Positions 39,699 to 49,035 of a stretch of DNA of 64,000 bases are shown here, one piece after another (position 1 is the first letter of the stretch; every line of letters begins with the position of its first letter). The stretch is from IMG/VR virus record IMGVR_UViG_3300028591_000071; one strand, 5' to 3'. A model generated the notes under the pieces. That model did not search any database and was not told the DNA's origin. It worked only from the letters and a program-made list of their open reading frames with translations. This stretch comes from a virus (taxonomy: Duplodnaviria > Caudoviricetes). The translations under genes and the position numbers were made by a program.

Positions 39699-41072
39699 TT
39701 ACTTGATTAACCACCTGTAAGGGGCAAATTTGTCTTCTTTTTCCTTCTTGCTTTCGCCTGTATAAAACGGCATTGAGTAATTTCTCTTCGGTGTAATTGA
39801 AATTTCTGTGTTCACTTTTATATCATGTGTTTTCGTGCTTGCTGTAATAGTATTGCTTGCCACCCAAGATTTAAGAAGAACTTTATCCTTTTCCTTTGCC
39901 GCAATGAATTTCTTCATTGAATAGTTCATGACGAAGCAAGCCATTGCAAGGCAGGTAAGCGTATCATCGTGAGCGCCGTCCTGATGGTCGATTCTCGCAG
40001 CCGTTCCCTTGTAAATCCAAGTATCGAGTTCTGCGATAACACGCTTTGAACGAATCTTTATCTGATTGGTCTTTACCATATTTGCGAAGAAGGTAAGCAT
40101 TTGGAAACGGACGGCGTTACTATGGAATCCTGGAAGTTTCCCTTCGGCATTCGGCTTAAGCGAAGATGCTTCGATTTCCATGGTAAATTTGTTCAACTGA
40201 GGGTCATCATAGTAAAGATTCTTATACCCGAGCCTCTGCATCATAAGGATACAAGCATCACCCGTACCACCAATACAATCAACCGTACAGAACGCCTCGC
40301 CGTACATCATGCCATATCTGTAAGCAAGTTCACCGCAGTCGTCACCCGTAATCTTTCCGTGATATTCAAGAACCTGTTCAAGGATTGGCTCACCCGTCTC
40401 TTCGTCAATTCCGTCCATGTCAAGTATTTCAATGGCCGTTCTATCTGCAGCATCACCACGGGAGCAGTCGATACTCATCATATACCTATGCCCCGGAATC
40501 GGCTCTTTCCAAATCCATGTGTCGTCCATCATCGGGTCGGTGTACTTCGGGTCTCTTTGGTTGAGTTTCTGCTGCATTTCGATGTATTCAGGCTCAACGA
40601 CATTGGATGCAGACCCAAGGAATGATACATCCAACTCCTGTGCAATCTTTTGACTGTCGTTGTTGAACTGTTTGCACATCGTTACATACCAAGGGCTTCT
40701 CGGAGACCACCCGTCCTGTACCATCTGCTCCCAATGCTCTTCGTCGTACTTAATGTTTCCTTCCTTGTCAAGCGTCGGTTCTTTTTCAATAATCCAATCG
40801 CCCGTTTCGGGGTCTTTTTTCGTCCATTCAAGATGCTTGTTGTATCGAGGGTCTTGATACCACTTGAGTTTTACAAGTTCAAAGTTGTTCCAATCTTTCG
40901 TACCCTTTAACTCAGCCCTTCTGCATGTTTCATAATACAACATGTCTTTACCGTTGGGGGTTGAAATGAGTATTATATGGCCTCCTGTGGAAACAGTAGG
41001 CAATGCAGATGCATAAACATCTTTTCCGTTCTCAATAAACGCGGCCTCATCGAAGATTAGCCATTGAACTCC
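39699..41072 (-). CDS. gp17: Terminase large subunit, exon 2
   Basis: GVQWLIFDEAAF (Walker B), ISTPNG, nuclease domain SIDCSRG...HDD. Confidence 0.92.
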   Translation of the reverse strand, partial: GVQWLIFDEAAFIENGKDVYASALPTVSTGGHIILISTPNGKDMLYYETCRRAELKGTKDWNNFELVKLKWYQDPRYNKHLEWTKKDPETGDWIIEKEPTLDKEGNIKYDEEHWEQMVQDGWSPRSPWYVTMCKQFNNDSQKIAQELDVSFLGSASNVVEPEYIEMQQKLNQRDPKYTDPMMDDTWIWKEPIPGHRYMMSIDCSRGDAADRTAIEILDMDGIDEETGEPILEQVLEYHGKITGDDCGELAYRYGMMYGEAFCTVDCIGGTGDACILMMQRLGYKNLYYDDPQLNKFTMEIEASSLKPNAEGKLPGFHSNAVRFQMLTFFANMVKTNQIKIRSKRVIAELDTWIYKGTAARIDHQDGAHDDTLTCLAMACFVMNYSMKKFIAAKEKDKVLLKSWVASNTITASTKTHDIKVNTEISITPKRNYSMPFYTGESKKEKEDKFAPYRWLIK

Positions 41073-41320
41073 CTGTTAATCAATTAATTACGAAGTTTTT
41101 TATCATCGTACTCATATAATTTCTTATATGTTTGGCGTACATTTTCACATAAAGTGTTCCGCACTCTTGGATGGATTATATTTATTCACCATCTACGCTC
41201 TACGGTGTTTCTGAGCCTTTCGCAATCTCAGAACTTACCTCGGTATTGCCATATCCGTACTTTGCAGCAGAGACTTAGGGTTCACCGATTTTGCGGAATT
41301 TAAAGTCGGCAGAGTTGTTT
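41073..41320 (-). ncRNA. Group I intron (248 nt, no ORF, IA-like)
   Basis: 5' exon ends in U within P1 GUCGGU/GCCGAC; P3 UUCCGCA/UGCGGAA; P4 UCGGU/ACCGA; P7 G(A)GCGUA/UACGCC; P7.1; P9 GAAA hairpin; terminal G; splicing restores the frame. Confidence 0.93.
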
Positions 41321-41845
41321 ACCGACTCCACGAGATGCGTCAGGGCCCGAAGAACGGGCAACTACTTTACATCCGTTTTTAAGCACCAACTCTTTTGAGT
41401 TGCACACATCAAAGATTACATTCTTGTTTGGTGGAGGTGATAGTGGGTCTTTTGCGTTCTTAATGAATTCGTCTCCCCACATCCACAGCGGGAACTGTAG
41501 AAGAAAATCCCTTATCTTGAAAAGCATTTGCTGAGCAAGGTCTAGTGTGTTTCCAATTGCAAGAACTGTTTGCGGCGATTTTTTGTCTGCAAGACACATT
41601 TCACACGCAATAAATGCGCCGGCCGTGGTTGTGGCTCCGGCTTGTCTTGGCTTAGTTAGGACAGCATTATTTGCGTTTCCTAAAGTTTTACAAAGGTCTT
41701 GCTGCCTTGGAAATAACATAAATGGAACCATTGCCCTTTGTGTGTTATCAAATGTTTTAAGATAATGCTGAATCATATAAATACGACTCTTATCCTTCCA
41801 ACATTTTGCGAATTCAGACGATAAATAATCATAATCAATAATCAT
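41321..41845 (-). CDS. gp17: Terminase large subunit, exon 1
   Basis: LFPRQ (adenine binding), KPRQAGATT (Walker A region), ends DASRGVG. Confidence 0.92.
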
Positions 41846-41899
41846 ATCAATTGTCTTTTAACTATTTATAAATATATTAAATAGTAGTATTTGTAAAAA

Positions 41900-43519
41900 A
41901 TGCCCGCAAAATCAAATAAAGAAGAATTCATAAGAAGAGCAAAGTTAGTTCATGGAGATAAATATGACTATTCTAAAGTGAATTATGTAAATAATAGAAC
42001 AAAGGTCATAATTATCTGTCCTGAGCATGGAGAATTTGAACAAGTTCCCGATTCTCATTTAAGGGGGAGCGGATGCCCAATTTGTAGGTGGAAAAAAGCA
42101 AAAGAAAGTATTAGAAGAGCTCAGGGAATGACGACAGATGAATTTATAGAAAGGGCAAAGAAAGTACATGGAAATAAATATGATTACTCAAAAGTAAAAT
42201 ACGAAAATACAGAAACAAAGGTGTGTATAATATGTCCTAAACATGGCGAATTTTGGCAAACACCCCATCATCACTTAATGGGAATTGGATGCCCCCTTTG
42301 TGGCCAAAAGAAGTATGGAACAGAAGAGTTCATTGAACGAGCAAAGAAAATACATGGAGATAAATACGATTATTCAAAAACCAATTTTATTGGCAAAAAA
42401 TATAAAGTAATAATAACATGCCCAATTCACGGAGATTTTGAGCAATTACCGCTGAATCATTTAAAAGGATATGGGTGTCCAGAATGCGGTAGACATTTCG
42501 GAAAACAAGAAAAAGCGGTCCTTAAACTTCTTAAAGAAAAATATGAGCATGTTGAGTATCAATATACCAACAATACATTCTTAAAGGGATTAAAGAAAAA
42601 TCTTACATTGGACTATTTTTTGCCGGACTATAACATTGGAATAGAATATCAGGGGATACAACATTTTTATCCACAAAATGTTTTTGGCGGACAAAAAGCA
42701 TATGATGTTGTTTATGAAAGAGATTTTAGAAAATATCAACAATGCAAAGAACACGGAATTCAAATATTCTACATATCTTTCGAAAAGAAGATTCCTGAAG
42801 ATTATTTTGCCCCTGTGTATAAAACATTTGAAGATTTAGCAAATGCAATTGATATTTATATTAGTAAAAAAGACGAAAACAATATGAAGACACTTAACGA
42901 ATCCATTATAAGAAAAATCGTCGCGGAATCGCTGAAAAAAGCCCTTATGGAGAACATAGAGGGCGAATACAGGACAAAAGGCTCTCTCAATAAGAAGACC
43001 TTGGAGAAGAATGCAGGAAAATCTGCAGAGGAAATTATTGCCGACAGGAAGAAGAAAGCAGAAGAAGATGAACTCGCATCAAGATGGGAGGATACCGCAG
43101 AGGATGTCCTTTCAAGATGGAATGACGGGGATGAAAATGAATTTGACGACACAACAGCAGGCGGAGACTATAAGATAGATTTCTCCGACCCATATTTCTT
43201 CAAAGACGGACAGCGTTGTGACGCGGATGCAATAGGAAATTTCCATAATGATTTTGCAATCGTAAAGAAAGATGGGAAGTGCAATTATGTCAATTCAAAC
43301 GGTGAACTTCTTTCAGACGATTGGTTTGACGCATGCAACGACTTTGAAGATGGCTTTGGTCTTGTAGCGAAAGACAGGAAAAGAAACTTCATAGGAAGTA
43401 ACGGCCAGTTGCTGATGGACATATGGGCCGATAGAGCGGGAGATTTCATTGGTGGAACCGCCCCTCTCATTATCAACGGAGAACGCCACGAGGTTGATAG
43501 GAACGGAAACATACGATAA
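41900..43519 (+). CDS. Putative homing endonuclease (3 DUF723-like Zn repeats + PD-(D/E)xK/VSR-like domain) fused to a WG-repeat-like virion protein
   Basis: Three EEFI.RAK..HG.KYDYSK...C..HG.F.Q...H..G.GCP.C repeats; LDYFL...IEYQG.QH; internal MKTLNESIIRKIVAES at 42884. Confidence 0.8.
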   Translation: MPAKSNKEEFIRRAKLVHGDKYDYSKVNYVNNRTKVIIICPEHGEFEQVPDSHLRGSGCPICRWKKAKESIRRAQGMTTDEFIERAKKVHGNKYDYSKVKYENTETKVCIICPKHGEFWQTPHHHLMGIGCPLCGQKKYGTEEFIERAKKIHGDKYDYSKTNFIGKKYKVIITCPIHGDFEQLPLNHLKGYGCPECGRHFGKQEKAVLKLLKEKYEHVEYQYTNNTFLKGLKKNLTLDYFLPDYNIGIEYQGIQHFYPQNVFGGQKAYDVVYERDFRKYQQCKEHGIQIFYISFEKKIPEDYFAPVYKTFEDLANAIDIYISKKDENNMKTLNESIIRKIVAESLKKALMENIEGEYRTKGSLNKKTLEKNAGKSAEEIIADRKKKAEEDELASRWEDTAEDVLSRWNDGDENEFDDTTAGGDYKIDFSDPYFFKDGQRCDADAIGNFHNDFAIVKKDGKCNYVNSNGELLSDDWFDACNDFEDGFGLVAKDRKRNFIGSNGQLLMDIWADRAGDFIGGTAPLIINGERHEVDRNGNIR

Positions 43520-43615
43520 GCGTTAAAAATAGTATAATTCATGCGATGTTGATTTTTTCAGCATCGCATTTGTTTTTGTTCCTATTATTTTGTATATTAA
43601 TGTAAAACATTGACA

Positions 43616-44014
43616 ATGGATTATAAGGATATGACGGTCGAACAACTCGACAGGGAAAAGGAGCGACTTAAGAACAAATACAATGAGATAGAAGACCAAT
43701 GTGTCCACGACGGTCTCAATTGGGAAGAATTCTGCAAGAAGGCGAAGAAAGAAAGAGAAGGTCTCTATTTCATAGACAAATATAAGCGGCTCAGACAAGA
43801 CCCTGCCGTTGAATATGGTAAGGAGTGGAAGGGTGATACACTTACATTGGAAGAGTTCGTAAGAAAGTGTAAGAACAAGGAATTTGTTGACGAAGACGGC
43901 GTCGGATATTATGCGACGGAATCAGCAAAGAGCGATGTAAAGATATTCCCGTCAGATGTTGAAGAAAATTTAATAAGAGAGGATTTCTCTCATGTAATAT
44001 GGTTTGACAAATGA
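43616..44014 (+). CDS. Hypothetical protein
   Basis: ORF after a TTTG/TATATT promoter-like sequence. Confidence 0.75.
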   Translation: MDYKDMTVEQLDREKERLKNKYNEIEDQCVHDGLNWEEFCKKAKKEREGLYFIDKYKRLRQDPAVEYGKEWKGDTLTLEEFVRKCKNKEFVDEDGVGYYATESAKSDVKIFPSDVEENLIREDFSHVIWFDK

Positions 44015-44508
44015 AAATAGATTTAGAGACAAAGGTGACAAAGGAAATAGATGTCAAATACATCTGTATGAATGTTGGCCCAAGATATTGGGAAGATGGC
44101 GATGTCAACGGAGAAGAGGACATCTCATACGAAGAGCAGGAAAAAGGTGCAAAACCGAGGATGCCGATGGCCGTTGAAAATCCCGATTCAAAGCGGAAGG
44201 ACGAAAGTTACAGGTTTGCGGTAAAGATTGATGCTGAAACGGGAAATATTGTAGGATGGCCGGAGGGAGTTGAAGCAGACATACATTATAAGGTGTGCGA
44301 CGATGGAACTTATTGGCTTGAAGACGCCAAAGGAAACAAAATTCATGAGATAGATTCTTATGTTCCTGAACTTTGGGATTTTTATGATGACTCATATGGC
44401 GATTATATTATAATGACGGTCGAAGGCAACGGACATGTGAAAGAGTGGTATGATGAGTCGAAATTGAAGAGCAGGATTGATTTGTTTCTTAAGGAAGAAG
44501 GATTTTAA
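44011..44508 (+). CDS. Hypothetical protein
   Basis: 165 aa, HYKVCDDG.Y...GDYI pattern seen in phage proteins. Confidence 0.8.
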   Translation: MKIDLETKVTKEIDVKYICMNVGPRYWEDGDVNGEEDISYEEQEKGAKPRMPMAVENPDSKRKDESYRFAVKIDAETGNIVGWPEGVEADIHYKVCDDGTYWLEDAKGNKIHEIDSYVPELWDFYDDSYGDYIIMTVEGNGHVKEWYDESKLKSRIDLFLKEEGF

Positions 44509-44553
44509 TAGGAATGATATACCTGTCACACATAAGTAAAATTGTACACAATT

Positions 44554-45066
44554 ATGACGAAAGAAAAAGCAATTGAAGAACTTGGGTATGATATAATACC
44601 AACATACATCTGCGATATTTTAAAGGATGCCAATGTTAACATGAGTGTGAATGAGTGTTCCGTAACATATTTTGGCGAAAAGTTTGAACCATACGAAAAA
44701 CCGCTCGATGATTTTGCAAAGTGGCTCACGGAATATAAGAATATCAACAAGCCGGACAGACTCTCTGTATCTGATGTTGCAATCGTCAACTCAAACGAAA
44801 GATACTGTCATGGAGTTATTCAAGTTTTCAATGGGCTTAATGGTACAACTTTAGTCTCAAGGCAGTCCCTCAAACATGTTATGGATATCATTCAACACCT
44901 TGAAGACTATTTTGGCGCTCGTGCTTGGATTTCTCAAGTGTCGTATCACAGCGATTGTTTTTGTTACGCAATCTCCTTTGTATTCTGGGATGACTATTTC
45001 CATGTAATTCGTGACGGAATAAATGGGCAGTACGGAACATTCCGTCCACTCTACCATTGGGATTAA
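44554..45066 (+). CDS. Hypothetical protein
   Basis: ATG 44554. Confidence 0.7.
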   Translation: MTKEKAIEELGYDIIPTYICDILKDANVNMSVNECSVTYFGEKFEPYEKPLDDFAKWLTEYKNINKPDRLSVSDVAIVNSNERYCHGVIQVFNGLNGTTLVSRQSLKHVMDIIQHLEDYFGARAWISQVSYHSDCFCYAISFVFWDDYFHVIRDGINGQYGTFRPLYHWD

Positions 45067-45107
45067 CAAATAGGGTAAACATGTATATAAAAGAAAAAAC
45101 GCAGGTG

Positions 45108-46805
45108 CTATTCCTGCGTTTCTTTTTTCCATACGTACCTTATTAGACCGCAGTCCCAAATTCTGTCAAAGCCTATTTTCTTTGCCATCTCAGATTCTGT
45201 CATATCTTTTGTAAGTTCATACTTGTCCCCGTATTTTGCGATAATCCTGTCTTTGCGGAATCCGAACTTATGGAATCTTTGGCATCTGCCAACTTTATCG
45301 TTTATATAAGTATAACTTGGTTTTGTATATCCATCATTTTCAAACCCAAGGATTGTATAAACATTCTTATCTTCATTTATTGTCCACCTTCTGTCCGCAA
45401 ACGAAATTATTTCTGACGGGTCATGCTCTGAAACAAATCGTTTGAACAATTTTCCGCCAACACCTTGGCACACAAAGTTATAATCGCTTGCAAATCGTGT
45501 TAGTTCCCATATATTCTTTTCTGTGTTTCTTTTTTTAAACGACATAATAGCAATTAGTTTCCCATTAAAAAACGCCCCATATGATATGGTTGAACCAACC
45601 CATCCTTGTATGTGGTATCTGTTCAAGAAATTTTTCGCATCTTCAACACCGACTTCAGAGATAATGCATTTTCTACCCATTATTTTTGGCAAATCATATT
45701 GAAGTCCAATGATATGACCTATTTTGTTAAACACTATATCTTTTTTATGAACAAATTCGTCTTCAAAAATATGAATCAATTTTATTCCATTCTTTTTACA
45801 TTCGTTCGTCTTTGATACATGAAAAAATGGGGTCTTTTTGCCGCGCCATTCAGAGTGCCATCTTAGGCCGTCATATTCAATTCCAATATTTTTCTGTGGA
45901 ATAAATATATCAATTTCTTTTCCGTGTAATATGCTGCGATTTTTTTCGCAAAATACATTGTTTGACTCAAGAAAAGATAAAATTTCTTTTTCTGCTTTAG
46001 ATGTATATGATTTTTTTGTGTTTAAGTTTGTTTGTTCGGCTCGTTTCTTGCCAAATTCTCGTAGAGAATCTGATACGGTTTTATCGCCATATTTTTCCAC
46101 ATATTCTTTTTTAGTAATACCATGTTTTAATAAGTGGTGCCAATCTATCCTTGACAATTTTTTCCCACAAATTGCACATGTTACGAATTTTTTAGCATCA
46201 GTCTCTGTTTGTAAATCGAGAGTTTTATTTGCAAGTCTTAAATATTCTTTGTCTTCAGGATGTTCTAAAAGATATTTTTCTTTTGTAATTCCGTGTTCTT
46301 TAATGATATGATTTAAAAATGCACCACTTTTATTTTCAACATCAATAGTCTCCCAATTACAGTATGGGCACTTTTTAGAAATTTCAGTATTTTCTACCTG
46401 TATGATATCAAACCATTGTTCGTACCATTGATATCCGTTTTTTTTGAAAAAAGTAGTTCTCTTATAAAGAGACGGAACTTCAATACCCATCTCTTTTATA
46501 TAAGACGTGAGGGCGCCAGAAGAATTCAAATAATCCTTAAATCTTTTACCGGTGTTTTTTTCTATTGCTTCGTAGTGAAATCCGTTTTTTGGCGGATATC
46601 GTTTCTTTAGCTCTTCGTTATAATTCCATCCGTTGTCTATAACCTTTTTTGTTGGGCAAAAAATTGTAATTCCGTTTTCTAACAGAATACTTTTTACCCT
46701 ACGGTCACCGATTTTGAAATTTTTAGAAATTTCTTGTATTGTTTTTCTTTCCTCTTTGTACAGATTACAAATCTCAATTTTGTCTTTTTCGTTAAGTTTT
46801 CTCAT
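45108..46805 (-). CDS. Free-standing endonuclease-like protein (HTH, Zn fingers, VSR-like nuclease, C-terminal GNAT-like domain)
   Basis: CPYC/CAIC..H fingers, EIDIFIP...IEYDG.RWH, ELTRFAS...ADRRW...LGF...IWDCG; own late motif at 46824. Confidence 0.75.
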   Translation of the reverse strand: MRKLNEKDKIEICNLYKEERKTIQEISKNFKIGDRRVKSILLENGITIFCPTKKVIDNGWNYNEELKKRYPPKNGFHYEAIEKNTGKRFKDYLNSSGALTSYIKEMGIEVPSLYKRTTFFKKNGYQWYEQWFDIIQVENTEISKKCPYCNWETIDVENKSGAFLNHIIKEHGITKEKYLLEHPEDKEYLRLANKTLDLQTETDAKKFVTCAICGKKLSRIDWHHLLKHGITKKEYVEKYGDKTVSDSLREFGKKRAEQTNLNTKKSYTSKAEKEILSFLESNNVFCEKNRSILHGKEIDIFIPQKNIGIEYDGLRWHSEWRGKKTPFFHVSKTNECKKNGIKLIHIFEDEFVHKKDIVFNKIGHIIGLQYDLPKIMGRKCIISEVGVEDAKNFLNRYHIQGWVGSTISYGAFFNGKLIAIMSFKKRNTEKNIWELTRFASDYNFVCQGVGGKLFKRFVSEHDPSEIISFADRRWTINEDKNVYTILGFENDGYTKPSYTYINDKVGRCQRFHKFGFRKDRIIAKYGDKYELTKDMTESEMAKKIGFDRIWDCGLIRYVWKKETQE

Positions 46806-46920
46806 ATCTTTTTACAATATACAATAAATAGTTTAAAAAATCAATAACGCCAAAAACGGGCGCAAAAAAATTCACGCCGTTTTTTGGTGTTTCTGAAAAT
46901 AAAATTTGATTGTGAGAATA

Positions 46921-46950
46921 AAAAATGGGGCTTGAAACCAAGCCCCATTA
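46921..46950 (-). terminator. Terminator of the major capsid gene
   Basis: AATGGGGCTTG-GTTT-CAAGCCCCATT-TTT on the minus strand. Confidence 0.8.
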
Positions 46951-46981
46951 ACTATAATTTACTATTATTCAATAGTTTAGA

Positions 46982-48997
46982 TTAGCGAATCTCCTGAGGG
47001 TCCCACTGTACAAGACCATCAACCTTCACAGCACCGAAGAAGCGATTGTTCACACACTTCTTGGCATATCTCGTCATGATTCCCTTTACAGGTGCGAAGT
47101 TTTCAGGGTTGTAGATGGTAGGAGTCAACTGCATAGGGATATAAGGTGCATAGATGTAACCTGTGTCGAGGAGGCTCTTGCCCTTATGTCCGATGATGAT
47201 TGACCATGCAGGTGAATATGGGTCGCGATATACCTGATACCTGTTCTGGAGAGCACCGATGCGCTCAATACCCATGTTGTACTGGTCTGACTCAGCAGAA
47301 GCGTCACTTACATGGAAGTACTCAAGGTTGTCGAATACAGCTGAGATTTCAGATGAAACAACAATCCAGTTTGCACCACCACGAAGGGTTGACTTGTGAA
47401 TCTGTGCAGAAATCTGATTGACTCTTGTCATGAGTTCCTGATTCCAATCCTTCTGAGTGTAGTTGGTTGAGAAACCAGCCTGCCTTCTCCAACCATTGAC
47501 ATCCCAACGGAGCTGCCATGGAGCAGCCTTACGGAGGTCACGGAGGATTTCACGGTCGATTTCAGCAGCAATCTGCTCTGAAAGGAGAGCGGTGAGCTCA
47601 GCCTCAGCGTCAATATTGTGGAATGCTGAAACGTCCTGTGCAAGTTCAGGTGACCAAGTTGCACGGAGCTTACGCTCTTCAACTGATACGGTCACGCTGC
47701 TGAGGTTGAATGAAACCTCACCGATTTCGGTCTCAAGCTCGAGTGAGTCGTACTGTGACCATGCTACTGAGAACATTTCCTTAATCTCATCAGCGGTCTT
47801 CTTCTCAATACCTACATAACCGTCAAGGCTGATGCCCTGCTTCTTAGCAGGCTTTGCAAGGTCGAGGTCGATAAGGATGCTTCCGTCTGGTGCGCAGAGG
47901 TTGCTTCCGTATTCAACGATACCCTTACCATACTTCTGAGAAACAACGCGGAATGGGATTCCTTCGTACTTCTCGAAGCAAGCGTGCTCGTTGTCACCCT
48001 CGGTTCCGATAGCGTCCTTTGCAAAAACCTTAAGGGATGCGAGGAAACCTTCGGTATCCATTTCGTTTCCGTCAGGACCGGTAAGTTTACCTGCGTTGAA
48101 CTGTGAGAATCCCTTAACCTTAAGCATGACATTACGGAGAGTTCCATCAGCATAAACCCTGATGTTGTCGTCTGTAAGTTCAACTGGTTCGAAGTCAATC
48201 ATAGTTACAGGAGTTACATCCTCGCTTACGCGGATACGAATCTTACCCTTAGAGTTGTCATAAAGGAAGTCGTTATAGAAGAGGTCATAGAGAGTCCTCT
48301 TGTGGTACTTGGTAACTGAAGGCTTTACCTGACGGATGATTGCATCCTCCTTGTTCTGTGCCTTAAGATACTGAAGTGCTGAGTCGTAGTTGTCTACAGG
48401 GCCCTGTGCTGTTGCATAGGTTCCGTCAGCCTGCTGCTTGTTGTAATCGATAGTGGTTGAAGGGTCGATTTCGGTCCAAGTCTCACCACCGTCCTCACTG
48501 TACTCGAATACCATTCCGTTGACAACCTCATCAGGAAGATAGAAACGGTTGTACTTGTCACCATTGTGGCGGCTTGTACGCTCGTAACCCATCAAACCCT
48601 TATGACGGCCAACTGACTTGTCCTGTACGCGACCGTTCTCATCCAAGAACTCCCACTCACGCTCTGAGGTAACAGGAAGCATGAAGAACAAACGACCAAC
48701 AGGAAGGTTCATTGCCTGTACTGAAACGATGTCGTTAGCAAGAAGCTTGCTGAAAACACGACGGATGATAGGGAAAACAACAGTCTCGAATGAGCCGCTG
48801 CTATCAGTGTTAGTAGCCTCTGAGAGGAGTGCCTTAGCCTCGTTCTCGTAAAGAGTTGCTACATTCTCCTTAACGATACCCTTAAGGCCTTCGGTCATAC
48901 CGAGAGATGCCCAACGGTCGCTAATCTCTTTTCTAATTCTTTTCTGTTCGTTGAGCTCGATTGTGCCCACCTGACCAGATTTCAAAAATTCTTTCAT
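46982..48997 (-). CDS. gp23: Major capsid protein (T4 gp23-like), 671 aa with large central insertions
   Basis: ANDIVSVQAM, RKLRATWSPELAQD, EIDREI, YAPYIP, GIMTRYA. Confidence 0.95.
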   Translation of the reverse strand: MKEFLKSGQVGTIELNEQKRIRKEISDRWASLGMTEGLKGIVKENVATLYENEAKALLSEATNTDSSGSFETVVFPIIRRVFSKLLANDIVSVQAMNLPVGRLFFMLPVTSEREWEFLDENGRVQDKSVGRHKGLMGYERTSRHNGDKYNRFYLPDEVVNGMVFEYSEDGGETWTEIDPSTTIDYNKQQADGTYATAQGPVDNYDSALQYLKAQNKEDAIIRQVKPSVTKYHKRTLYDLFYNDFLYDNSKGKIRIRVSEDVTPVTMIDFEPVELTDDNIRVYADGTLRNVMLKVKGFSQFNAGKLTGPDGNEMDTEGFLASLKVFAKDAIGTEGDNEHACFEKYEGIPFRVVSQKYGKGIVEYGSNLCAPDGSILIDLDLAKPAKKQGISLDGYVGIEKKTADEIKEMFSVAWSQYDSLELETEIGEVSFNLSSVTVSVEERKLRATWSPELAQDVSAFHNIDAEAELTALLSEQIAAEIDREILRDLRKAAPWQLRWDVNGWRRQAGFSTNYTQKDWNQELMTRVNQISAQIHKSTLRGGANWIVVSSEISAVFDNLEYFHVSDASAESDQYNMGIERIGALQNRYQVYRDPYSPAWSIIIGHKGKSLLDTGYIYAPYIPMQLTPTIYNPENFAPVKGIMTRYAKKCVNNRFFGAVKVDGLVQWDPQEIR

Positions 48998-49035
48998 AAT
49001 TTTGTTTTATTGATTTGTCTTATTTTTAATTTTTT

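Noticed and set aside
39699-41845. Terminase pseudogene, frameshift or intein
   Set aside because: The gap has in-frame stops, a full group I intron core and exact frame-restoring splice sites.
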